Source: Scenedesmus sp. PABB004
Lineage: Eukaryota
Length of the DNA stretch: 64,000 nt
Assembly: GCA_014905635.1 (NCBI GenBank)
Contig: JABVCE010000002.1
Span: forward strand, 2,542,001 to 2,606,000
Reading direction: 5' to 3'
Notes under the pieces: model-generated
Seen by the model: the letters and a program-made list of their open reading frames with translations, nothing else
Databases searched by the model: none
What the model was told of the DNA's origin: nothing
Part shown: in pieces, positions 36,758 to 47,957 of the stretch
How the letters are laid out: each line of letters starts with the position of its first letter
How positions within the stretch are numbered: the stretch's first letter is position 1
Position numbers and translations under genes: made by a program

Positions 36758-37063
36758 CCAGCGGTGTGCGCAATGGCGGGCGCGCACGCAGTGCCCGATG
36801 AGCGCACGGGCGGCGCGCCTTGTGCCTGGAGGGAGGTGGAATAAGCACTGCTGGGAGCCCGACGGCTGCCAGCAACGGCTGGCTGGCCTGCACGCAGCTG
36901 CAGCCAGGCTGGGCGCGCTCGCTGCGCGCGTGGCGGTGCGGAGACCAGTGCGCTGCCTCGCGTGGAATAAAGTGCCCGGAAACAATAAATGTGACACACT
37001 TGCACAGCACACCAGCGCCCTCCCGGCTCGCTGCGGCAGCGACGCAGTTACCGCCGCGCCGCC

Positions 37064-38855
37064 TCACGCGCCGTCGCCGTCGCCGCCGCCGGCGCCCACG
37101 CTGCCCTCGATCGAGTCGTCTGACAGCTCCAGGTCGGCGCTCTCGCCGTCCTCGTCGTCCCCGCCGCCTCCGCCGCTGGCCGCGGCCGCCGCAGCCGCGC
37201 CCGCCGCCGCGGGCGCCGCGCCGCCGTCGAGGCTGGCGGCCGCCAGGTCGGCGCGGAGCTTGGAGAGCTCGCGCTCGCGCCGCTTCGCCTCGGCCTCGGC
37301 CTTTTCGACGCGCGCGCCGCGAGCTCCGGCACGTAAAACTCCTCGTACTGCGCCGCCGCGCCGCTCAGCGCCTGCGCGCGGCGCGGCGCCCCGCGCGCAC
37401 GGCGACGGCGCGCGTGAGGGCTGGCCGGCCGCCTGCGGCGCAACGCGCTGCGCCGAGCCGCGCCGCGCCGCGCCCCCGCGCCGCGCCTCGAACAGCTCGT
37501 CCATGCCCGCGCCCGTGAGCGCCGACACGCCGACGGTGGTGAGGCCGGCGTAGAACTCGTCCAGCACGAGCGCGAGGCTGCGCGACAGGCTGGACGCGTA
37601 GCTCGCGTCGCACTCGAGCGCGGCGCTGAAGGCTTCAAAGTCGGCCATCCACTCGAGCGCAAACGCGTGGCCCGACACGTCGGTCTTGTTGAACACCTGG
37701 CGGCGGCGGCGCGGGGCGCGGCGCGCGGCGCGGCGCGCGTGGGACGGGCGGCGCGGCGCACGCACGGGACGGGCGCGGCGGCACGCGCGAGGCGCCGCGC
37801 CGCGCCGCGCGCCGCGCGGCGCGCGCACGGGACGGGCGCGGCGGCACGCGCGAGGCGCCGCGCCGCGCCGCGCGCCGCGCCGCGCGCCGCGCCGTGCGCC
37901 GCGGTCCGCACCAGCAGCAGCGGGAGGCGCGTCTTGTAGAGTATGGAGACTGCCTGGAGCATGTTGCTCATAAAGGTCTGCGGGCTGGCGCAGCGCGGCG
38001 TGTCGACGACGTACAGCACGGCCGTGGGGAAGGCGCTCGCGAGCAGCTCCGTCACGAGCTGCCCGCTCGCGCTCCAGGTGAAGATCTCGATCTGCCCCGG
38101 CGTGTCGGCAAAGACGTGCGCGAGCGGCGGGTCGCGCGGCTTCTCGAGCAGCTGCACCACCTGTGCAGGTGGCGAGGAAGGCGCGGGGGCGTGTGAGCAC
38201 GTGCTGGCCGCGCGCCGGCGGCGCGCGCGCGGGCCACGGCGGCGCCGCGCGCCGCGCGCGCCTGGTCGAAGCGCGTGGCAAAGAGGTTGCACGCGGTGAG
38301 GATGCCGCCGTTGGGGCCGAGGCCGTACTGCTTCATCACGTTCTTGTAGTTCACCTGCCGCGGTAGAAGGGTTTTAGACAAGAGGGTTTGGACAGGGGGG
38401 AAGAGAGGGGCGCCGTCGTGCCGCCAGCCGGCCGCGCAGGGCGCGGCGCGACGGCGGCGCGACGGGGCGCACCGTGTCCCGGATGTCGATGTTGGCGGCG
38501 TAGGGCAGGCTGGTGACGGCGGGGTCCAGGTTGATGATGTAGCCGGGCAGCCGCCGCGCGTGCATGTGCGCGTTGATGCGCTGCACGAGCGTCGTCTTGC
38601 CCGACCCCGCCATGCCTGCGGGCGCGGCGCGGCCGCGGCGGCCTGGTGGCATGCGCAGCGCGCGTGGCGCGGCGGGGCGCGGCGCGCCGGGGGCTCACCG
38701 ATGACCAGCGCGACGATGGGCTTGGCGCCGGCGCCGGCAACGGCGCCGCTCCCGGCGCCGCCGGCTGACGTGCTGGCCTCGCCGGCGCTGCGGACCGCGG
38801 CGTCCGCCACGGGAGCTTCGCTCATCACCGCCGCCCCCGATGGCTCCGGCTCCAT
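37064..38855 (-). CDS. GPN1: GPN-loop GTPase 1 (XAB1/NPA3); apparent 1-nt frameshift near 37310
   Basis: [55 protein letters not shown]. Confidence 0.95.
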
Positions 38856-39222
38856 GAGTCCCCCGCGGCGGCGGCGCCGCGCGCTGCTGCTGCTGATGGG
38901 CGTGCCTTCTCGGAGCGCTGGCGGCGCGGGCAGTCGCGGACGCGAGCGTTAACAATGGATAACAAACCAGCGCAGCTGTGGACGCCGGTGCAGCGGCGGA
39001 CGGACCGCGAGCGCCGGGCCAGGAGCCCTCGCGGGTTAGGCACGATGTTCTCGCCTGGCAGCGCGCCAGGCTCGGTGTAACGCGCGTGCCTGGCCCTGGG
39101 AGGCCCACCCGCGCGGCTGCGCACGATCCCGGCACTCGCCACGCTCTGCCTCCGCACGCGCGCGCGCCCCGCCACTCGCCGCCACACGCCGCCGCTGCCG
39201 AGCGCGCCGCCGCGCACGCGCC

Positions 39223-40753
39223 ATGCCGGGCCTGCAGCAGCTGCCACAGGCGACGGTAGCCCCAATGCACCTCTCAGCTGCACCTTGCGCGAGGGGCGTG
39301 CGGGCGGCGCCCGCCGCCGGCCGGGCGCCGCGCCGCTGCTCGCTGCGCTGCCGCGCAGACGCGGACGGCGGCAAGCGTGGGACGCTGGCCAAGCAGGCCG
39401 CGCCGCCGGCCGCGCCGCCGGCCAGGGGCGGCGCCGCCGCGACGCAGCAGGCGGCGACGCAGCAGGCGGAGCAGCAGCAGCAGGGCTGGCGCGTGTTCAG
39501 CTGGGCCGCGTACCAGGAGGCGCCGTGGGACGTGCCGTGGGGCGGCGGCACCGTCGCGGCGACGATGGCGGTCTGGGCGGCCGGCTTTGCGGGCACCGCC
39601 TTCCTCGCCGTGCCGGCGCTGTACGTGGCCGCGTCGGGCGTGCCGCTGTCGGAGCTGGGGCCCGCGGGCCAGGCCGACTTTGCGCTGTGGAGCGAGGTGG
39701 CCGAGCTCGCGGTCACTGCCGCCATCCTCGGCAGCGTGGCGGCGCGGTGCGGCGCCGGCCGCCAGCGGCCGGGCCAAGCTGCGCCCACCGCCGGCCGGCC
39801 GCGCGCGCCCCCGCCGCAGCCCACGGCGCCGCTGGCTGCGCTGACCGCGCGCGCCGCCGCGCAGGTACTGGCCGGGCGTGGTGGAGCAGGGTCTGTTCAA
39901 CTTCAGCCCCGCCGCGCCGTTTGAGCGCGGCAGCGGCTGGCTCGCCTGGGGCTCATCGGCGCCGCGGGCGCGCCGCTCGTGGTCGGCTCCACCGCCGCGC
40001 TGCTGAGCGCGCTGGGCTACGACACGCTGACCTCGGGCGGCCACGGCACAGTCGACGGCGTCGCGGGTGCGCCGCGCGCCGCGCACCGCCGCGCCGCCTG
40101 GCGACCCTCGGCCGCGCGCTGCCCCCACGTGCAGGGACCTTTGCCCTGCGCCCACCCTCCCGCCTGCACCGTTGCCCCTGCGCCTCCCTCTCCCCTCCAC
40201 TCCCCTCCCCTGAACCCTGAACCCTCCCCCAGGCATGATCAGCATGGACACCCCCACCTACGCCCGCCTCCTCGCCGTCACGGGTGCGGCGCGCACGCGG
40301 GCGCCGCCCCGCGCGCGCCCGGCCCCGCCGCACCGCGCGCCGCGCGCCGGCCCGCCGCCGCCGCGCGCGCCGCCGTGCACCACGCCCATGCGCGCCCGCG
40401 CGCCCGCGCGCCCGCGCGCCCGCGCGCTGGCTGGCGCAGGGCTGCTGGCGCCGGTGCTCGAGGAGAGCCTCTTCCGCGGATTCCTGCTGACCAGCCTGAC
40501 CAAGGTGATGCCGCCCTGGGCGGCGGTGCTGGCGAGCGCGACCGCGTTTGGGCTCGCGCACCTCTCGCTGCGCGACCTGCCGGTGCTCATTGCGCTCGGG
40601 TGCTGGCTGGGCGCGATCTACTGCCGCTCGCGCAACCTGCTGACGCCCATGCTCGTGCACGGCGCGTGGAACGGCGGTGTGCTGAGCCTGCTCTTCTGGC
40701 TCACCGCAAACGGCGTGGACGTGCAGCAGCTGCTCAAGGACGGCCAGCTCTGA
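39223..40753 (+). CDS. CAAX protease self-immunity (CPBP/Abi) membrane protein, probably plastid; apparent 1-nt frameshift near 39950
   Basis: APVLEESLFRGFLL, FGLAH, VHGAWN motifs; N-terminal WDVPW; transit-like start. Confidence 0.9.
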
Positions 40754-41471
40754 GCGGCACTCTGAGCCGCACGCTGAGCGCGGCGCGCGCAGAGTCGCGG
40801 CGGTGTAAGCTCGCTCGCTGTCGAAGTTACCGCGCTGTGACGGAACCGCAAGGCAGCTGATCTCAATGCCGCGCCCACACCCTGCCCAACTCTGGGGCGC
40901 CCGCCTGCCGGCCGCGGCGCGGGCGCCCCCTCGGCGGCGCGCGGGCGCGCTGCTGCGCGCGCCGCGGCGCCGCCGCTGCCAGCGGCGGCCCGGGGGCGGC
41001 GCTGTCAGGCAGAGAGCGCTGCCGCTGTCAGCTGCCGGCCCCCGGCCGGCCGCTGGATGCGTCTATGCTGGTGGACCTGCTGCAAGCCTCGCAGCGCCCT
41101 TGCCGCTGCGTTCGGGCGCGGGGGCGCCCGCCCTCTCTCACACCACACAAACGAGCTGGGCTGCGGCGCGGGGGCCTATCCTAGACACGCGCCGGCGCTG
41201 CCGCGCGGCGCGCGGCACGGCGCCGCCGCCGCCGCTGCCGCCGCCGCGCGCCCGCCCGCGCGCGGGCGCGGGCGTCGCGCAGAGCCCGCCGCCGCTGCTA
41301 GCTGCCGCGGGGCCGGCGCGGCCGGCGCGCCGGCCGCCGGCCTGACTCTTCTTCTGCCGCTCATGCGAGCGCTGTAGGGGCGGGACGCGCGCGCGCGTGC
41401 GCACAGCGGCGGCCGGGCCCGCCGGGCCCGCCCGCCGCCGCGGCGCCGCCGCGGGTCGTGTCCGCCGCGCC

Positions 41472-44103
41472 TCACGCGAAGCGGTCGAGGCGGACGGTGA
41501 TGATGCGGCCTTCGTAGTCGGTGTTGTTCAGCTTGGCGCACGCCGCCTCGGCGTCCTCCTTGCTGAAAAACCGCACCGTGCCAAAGCCCCTGCGGGCGCG
41601 ACGCGCGGCGCGGCCGGGCGCGGCGCGGCGGGCCCCGCGTCGGCGCGCCGGCGGGCGCGCCGCCCGTCGCCGCCGATGCGCGTGGCTGCCGCGCCGCGCC
41701 GCGCCGCCGCAGCCGCTGCGCGGGCGCCGCGCCGCGCCGCGCCTGCTCTTGCCCCAGCTGTCATAGACCACGTCTGCCCGGTGGACGCGCCACTCCTTGA
41801 ACGTGTCCTTCAGCTGCTGCCACGTCGTGGTCCACGGCAGGTTGTGCACCACCACCTGCGCGGCCGCCGCGCCGCGCAGCCGGCCGGCGCTCTGGGACCG
41901 CCCCCCGCCCCGGGCGCCGCCGGCCCGCTGCGGCGCCCCGCGCGTGCCCGCCGCGCGCCGCGCGCCCGCGCCGCACCTGCAGGCCGCTGCTCTCGCCCGG
42001 CTGCCCGCCCGGCGCGCCGGGCGGCGCGAACGGCCCGCGCCCGCCCGGCCCGGCCGGCGGGAAGGGCCCGCCGCGCACGCCGCGCAGCGCGCCGCGGCCG
42101 CCGCGCGGCACATACATGCCGCGCGGCGGGTAGCCGTACGGCGGCGCGCCGTAGTAGGCCCCGGCGTAGCCGTACGCGTCATAGCCGCCGTAGCCATAGC
42201 CGTAGGCCATGGGCATCGGCGGCCCCGCCGCGCCCGCCGCGCGGCCCCGGGTACGCGCCCGGCGGCGGCAGCGGCGCGCCGGGCGGCGCGCCGGGTGGGC
42301 TGCTGCGGAAGGTGCTGCGGCGGGGCGCGCCCTGCGCGGGGCGGCGCGGGGCGGCGCGGGGCGGCGCGGGGCGGCGTGAGGCGGCGGCGGGCGCGGGCAC
42401 GCGCAGCCGCTGCTGGCACTGCTGGCGCTGCCGGGCTGCCGGCGCTGCCGGCAGTGCCATCTGGCGCTCCCCGGCAGCCTGCGGCCCGTGCCAGCTGCTG
42501 CCGCTCCTGCCCGCGCCAGCTGCTGCTGCCGCTCCTGCCCGCGCCAGCTGCTGCTGCCGCTCCTGCCCGCGCCAGCTGCTGCTGCTGCCGCTCCGGCCTG
42601 CGCAGCTGCCGCCGTGCCAGCGCCAGCCGCCGCCGCCCCAGCCCGCCCGCGCTGCCGCCACGCACACGCGCGCCGCGCTGCTGCGCCTGCCGCCCCTCGC
42701 TGCAGCCCCTCGCTGCAGCCCCTCGCCGCCGCGCCCGCCGCACCTGCGGCGCGGCGCCGCCCGGGCCGGAGACCTTGGTCGCCTTGGCGCGGCCGTCGGG
42801 CCCCTCCTCCACATCGTACTCCACCTCCTCGCCCTCCCGCAGGCTGCGGAAGCCCTCCGCGTCGATGCTGGTTTGGTGGCAGAACAGGTCCTCGCCGCCG
42901 TCAGAGGGCGTGATGAAGCCAAAGCCCTTGGTCGCGTTGAACCACTTCACCACGCCCCGCGCCCGCCCGCTGCCGCCGCCGCCGCCGCCGCCGCCGCCGC
43001 TGCCGGACGGCTCGCCCGGCGCCGCGTCTGCTGCGTCGCCGGCCGCCGCCGCGTCTGCTGCGTCGCCGCCCGCCGCCGCGCCTGCTGCGTCGCCGGCGGC
43101 CGCCGCGCCTGCTGCGTCGCCGGCCGCCGCCGCGCCAGCTGCATCGCCGCCCGGCTCGCCAGCTGCGTCGCCGGCCGCCGCGTCAGCTCCGCTGCTGGCC
43201 GCCTCACCAGCTGAGGCTGCCTCGGCCGGCGCGGCCGGCGCAGCCGCCTCGGCCGCCGCGGCCGGCGCAGCCGCCTCGGCCGCCTCGGCAGCGGCGGCAG
43301 GGGCAGGGGCGGGCGCCTCCACGGCGCCCTCGCTGCTGCTGCGGGCGGGTGCGGACGGGCGGGCGGGCGGGCGGGAAGGGAGGGTCAGCTCGCCGCCGCG
43401 TGCCACTGGCACCACGCAGCGAGCCGTGATGCCGCACGCCGCCGGGCCCCGAAGACCTCGTTGCTGCGGCTGCGCGCAGGCCGCCGCGGCTGCAGCCGGC
43501 CGCGCTGCGCTCCGGCGCGCCGCCGGCGCCGCCGGCGCCGGCGGCGCGGCGCCGGCCTGATGCAGCGGAGATGCTCCGCCGCCGGGGCGGCCGCCCGCGG
43601 CGGCGGGGCCCGCGCACCCTGCCGCCGCGCGGGCGCCGGCGCCGCCGCGGCGGCCGCTGCTGCGCCGCTGCCGGCGCCGCCGCCCGCCGCGCGCGGCGCG
43701 CGTGTCGCTGCGCTGCTGCAAACGGTGGAGGGGCCTCCCGGGCGCGCCTGGCGGCCGGGATCTAGCGCGCCCCGGCCCACGCTGAGCTGCTGGGGGCGTT
43801 ATCTAGCCGAGCCTGGTCGCTGACCAGCTCCGGCCGTCCCGCGCGCCCCGAGCCCGCGCCGGCGCGCGCGCACGCTCGCCGGGAGCGGCACCGCGCCTCA
43901 AGCCGGCTCGGCGCTGGCCGCGGCGCGCCAGGCGCTGCGCGCCGAGGGCGCCGCTGTCGGGCTGGCCCGCGCCATCCCGACACCCCCGCGCCCTGGCACC
44001 CCTCCAGGCGCCGCGGCCGGCCGCGACGGCGCCTGCGCACTCGACCCGCCCTCCCAAAGCCTCACCTTGCAGCTTGGGCCTCCGCCTCCGCCGGCGCGCC
44101 CAT
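41472..44103 (-). CDS. NAB1: Cold-shock domain plus RRM protein, NAB1-like LHC translation repressor (exon 1 44103-44066, exon 2 43338-42744); apparent 1-nt frameshift near 42225
   Basis: [17 protein letters not shown]...LFCHQT...GFRSLREGE, then [12 protein letters not shown]...[30 protein letters not shown]...VRLDRFA. Exon 1 ([12 protein letters not shown]) joins exon 2 in phase 2. Confidence 0.9.
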
Positions 44104-44538
44104 CTGGTCTGCCGCGCCTCCGGGGCCGGTGGCAGCCGCGCGCGCTGCCTGGCCGCCGCTGACCGAGCTGCTGCAACGTCGCTCGCGCGGTCGCCGGCGC
44201 ACTTGCACGCGAGTGATCCCGGCATGCAGTATGTTACAGATTTTGTTACTTGGACAACCGCGCCAGAGACGGCGGCCTCGCGCGCCGGGACGGCGCGCTC
44301 GCCGCGGCCGCCGGGGGTGAGCGCGGCCGCGCGCGCGCGGGGCGGCGGCGCGCCGCGTGGTGCCGCCGGTGCGCGGTGCCGCCCGCGCGGCGCGCGCCAG
44401 GCTGCCGCCCCAGCCGTCCTGGGTGCTCGTCGCCGGCCGGCGTCTGCCCGGCGAGCCCCGCGCCCCTCGGCGCGCGGCCCGCGTCCGCCCGGTGCCGCCG
44501 CCGCGGGCGGCGCCGGGTCGCGCCCAGCACGGCGCCCG
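44069..44538. repeat. ~470-bp direct repeat, copy 1 (NAB1 exon 1/5' region plus RMD1 3'UTR-like sequence)
   Basis: Near-identical to 46576-47044; its right part recurs from 50541. Confidence 0.95.
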
Positions 44539-44569
44539 CGCCGCGCGACGCATGGCGATGCGGCGCGCC

Positions 44570-46510
44570 GCGCCGGCGGGTGCGCGCGACTGCGCCCACC
44601 GTGCCTCGCAGGGCAGCGCCCCGCCCAGGCCGGTAGGCGGCCTCGCAGCGGTCACGCCCGCGCTGCGCCGGGGCCGAGCACCGCGAGCGCGCGCTCGCCC
44701 AGCTTGGCCAGCGCCTCAGCTGCGGGCGCTGCGCGCGCGGCGGTGTGGCGGCGAGCGCGCTCCGCGAGGGCGGCGGCGCAGCCCGGCGCGGGCGCTCCGC
44801 GGGCCGCGGCGCGTGCACTCACATGTGCTGATGCCCGAGAGGCCGGCGAGCATGGGGCGCTGCCAAGCCACGACGCGTCGGCGACTCAGCTGCCGGAGGA
44901 GGGGGAGCGGTCGTCGGTGGCCACCGAGCGAGCTGCGCCTGCCGCGCGCGCATGGCCGCCACGCTGGCGCCCAGCACCGGCGTGGCGGCCATGCGGTGCT
45001 GCTGCGTGCGCCAGCCGCGCCAGCTGCTCGTCCCCCAGCTGCGCCCGACCGCAAGCCGACCCGCGTGCGCCGCGCTGCCACCCGCACCTCGCACAGGTCC
45101 ATGCACTCGTGCTGCTGCTCAGCGCCCGAGGGCATGGACCTGTGCGAGGTGCGGGTGTGCAGCAGCAGCAGCAGCAGCAGCAGCTTCGCCACCGCCGAGG
45201 TGCTGGGCTGGCAGGTCGTTGGACGCAGGCGGGGCGCGCGGGCGCACCTGGTCCGCGGGGCCGTCATCGCCCTGGTGCACGGGCGGAGCCGTTGCGGAGT
45301 GCGCCCCTGCGGCGCCCGTGGCGGTGGGGCGCGCGCGCGTGCGCGTCGTCACGGCGGGCGCGCCGCGCCCGCCGCGCGCGCGCGGCGGCCACGCGCGCCG
45401 CCGCGCCGCGCCCACGCGAGCGCGCCTGGTCCGCGGATCTGTCCTCCTCCACGACCGCCTCGGCCGCCGCGGCTGACGTGCTGGCGAGCGCCCGCTGCTC
45501 GCCCGCCTCGCACCGCACCGCTGGCGACAAACGCTGCGCCCTCCAGCCCCTGCAGCTGGCCCCAGACGAAGGACATCTGGCAACAACTGCAGGGGCTGGG
45601 GGGCGCCGCGTTTGACGCCATGCACGCGGCTGCGCGCCCTGCGGAGGGCAGGGTCGAGGCTACTCCCGAGGCGTCCTTGGCAGCACCGGGAGCAGCCGCG
45701 CCGCGCCGCGCCGGCCACGCGCAACCGCCCCACCTTTGCCGCCGCTGCTGGCGCGCGGCAGTGCAGCAGGCTGATGTGCTGCCGAAGCGCGACTGCCCAG
45801 CCAGCGTGCCCGTGAGCAACCCATCTTGCTGACCGGCACGCTGGCTGGGCAGTCACATGATGGCGCCGGCGTCCCCTGCGGCGGCGCAGGAAGGCGAACG
45901 TGCGCGGCAGCTGCCGCGGAGCAGGAAGGAGAGCGTGCGCGGCCCGTGGGCGCGCTCGTCCTCTTTCTGCTCCGCTGCAGTGTGGCGGCGTCGAGCAGCA
46001 GGGGCGGGAGGTGCCCGCCGCCAACGTCGACGCAGCCCTGTGTGTGGGTTGGGCGAGCGGCAGCGCGGCGGCTGCGTGTGAGGCGGCGCGGGGGCTCGCG
46101 CTCAGCCCGTGCGCGCCGCTGTGCGGGTGTGCAGCAGCTCCAGCGCCGCGGTGCAGCACATGCAGCGTTGCTAGCCCGCCTCGCAACGCGCCGCGACGAT
46201 GGCGTAAAGTCGCGGCAGCAGCGGGCCGTGAGCCTGTGCGGCGCCGGCGTCCGCGGCTGCTGCTGCTGCTGCGCTCAACTCCTCGGCGCGCGCCCTGCGG
46301 GCCCCGTGCGGCCTCAAGGGGGTCGACACACCTCCGATTTCCACGGTGCGTGGCGCCGAGGCGGTCAGGCGGCGCGGATCTGTCTGAGCGAGCGCGCGGA
46401 AGCCGCGCTCGCTGCGGCGCGTGCCGCCGCGCCCCTGGGCGGCAAGCCAGAGGCTTGTGTCTGTGCTGGGTGGGCGGGAATGGCCATGGGCGCCATTCCG
46501 GGTTGCGGGC
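44570..46510. ncRNA. Array of consecutive long hairpins; candidate polycistronic miRNA/siRNA precursor or structured RNA
   Basis: Stems: 44949-44967/44977-44995 (19 bp), 45079-45109/45127-45157 (30 of 31), 45522-45555/45587-45620 (34 bp, 2 mismatches), 45791-45819/45826-45854 (27 of 29), plus several weaker ones. No convincing spliced CDS. Confidence 0.55.
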
Positions 46511-46575
46511 AGCGCGCCCCGGGGCGGCGTCACGACGGGCGGCAGTGCGCGCCGCTGAAGCCAGAGCGCCGCCTA

Positions 46576-47044
46576 GCAGCTTGGGCCGCCGCCTCCGCCG
46601 GCGCGCCCATCTGGTCTGCCGCGCCTCCGGGGCCGGTGGCAGCCGCGCGCGCTGCCTGGCCGCCGCTGACCGAGCTGCTGCAACGTCGCTCGCGCGGTCG
46701 CCGGCGCACTTGCACGCGAGTGATCCCGGCATGCAGTATGTTACACAATTTTGTTACTTGGACAACCGCGCCAGAGACGGCGGCCTCGCGCGCCGGGACG
46801 GCGCGCTCGCCGCGGCCGCCGGGGGTGAGCGCGGCCGCGCGCGCGCGGGGCGGCGGCGCGCCGCGTGGTGCCGCCGGCGCGCGGTGCCGCCCCGCGCGGC
46901 GCGCGCCAGGCTGCCGCCCAGCCGTCCTGGGTGCTCGTCGCCGGCCAGCGTCTGCCCGGCGAGGCCCGCGCCCCTCGGCGCGGCCGGTGTCCGCCCGGTG
47001 CCGCCGCCGCGGGCGGCGCCGGGTCGCGCCCAGCACGGCGCCCG
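46576..47044. repeat. ~470-bp direct repeat, copy 2 (NAB1 exon-1 remnant lacking its splice donor)
   Basis: The minus strand encodes MGAPAEAAAQAA, but the GTGAG donor is replaced. Contains a minus-strand TGTAA at 46741-46745. Confidence 0.95.
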
Positions 47045-47143
47045 GGCGACCTCAACCCGCTGCGCCGCGGCGCGCGTGCGGCTGCTGCTAGGCGCTGCGC
47101 TCGCGGGCGCGAGGGCGCTGGCGTCATGACGCCAGACCACTGA

Positions 47144-47918
47144 TCAGTGACGTCCTATCAGGCCAAAGAGGCCCATCACCTCCAGCAGCCCCGACACCAC
47201 CTCAATCACGATCAACCTGGTAGCGGCAGCGCCAGGGGGCAGGCGGCAGGCGGCAGGCGGCAGCGGCGGGCGGCATGATCAGGGGCGGCGCGGTCGGCTG
47301 GGCGCGCGCGGCGGCGGCGTGTGTGTGTGTGTGGGGGGGGGGGGTGCTGTCCCTTGCGCCGCACCAGATAACGATCCACTCCTGCAGGGCAGGGCGTGCG
47401 TGGGAACGAAAGCAGAGGGTGACGACGGCGGCGGCGGCAGGGGGCGGCGGGGCGGCGGGGCGGCGGGCGCTGGGCGAGACAAAGACAAAGTCAAAGACGG
47501 GCGAGGGCCCCCGCGCGTGCGCTGCTGCCGGGGCGCCCCCGCTCCTCTACGCCGCACCAGGCGCGCGGCGTGGTGGTTGTTCTCGTGGTCCCGCAGCATG
47601 TCCAGCATCTCCTGCAGCACCTGAGCGGGGGGCGGGGCAGGGCAGCACGTGGTGGGCGGGGACCGTGCGCCGCCCCGCGCCGCCCCGGGCGCGTGGGCGG
47701 GGGCGTGGGCGGGAGCCGCCGCGCCGCGCGCCGCCTCACCCGCCATGCCCTCCCCCGCCCTCACCCAAAGACAAAGAGAGTTATACCATAGGCTCGCGCC
47801 CAATGGTCCCTCACCCCGCCTCACCGTGAAGCGTGCGTTGAGCACCTCCACGCGCTGGTCGAGCTCCAGGTACTCGCAGATGTTGTCGTACAACACCTGA
47901 CAGGGAGAGGTTTAGAGG

Positions 47919-47957
<39 letters not shown>

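Noticed and set aside
37740..37900. 63-bp intronic tandem duplication (also a 40-bp one at ~33290-33385, and GT or GCGCGG microsatellites)
   Set aside because: Ordinary slippage in low-complexity introns with no sign of function.
37300..42230. Programmed frameshifting in GPN1, CPBP and NAB1
   Set aside because: The breaks fall in homopolymer or dinucleotide runs with no slippery heptamer; sequencing error is simpler.
44069..47044. LTR retroelement (direct repeats around an insert)
   Set aside because: The repeats are host sequence (NAB1 exon 1, RMD1 3'UTR); no TG...CA ends, PBS/PPT or gag-pol are visible.
44074..47129. Long ORFs across the hairpin array, including MLTGTLAGQS on both strands
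   Set aside because: No recognisable domain or exon structure; the mirrored peptide is simply the 45791-45854 inverted repeat.
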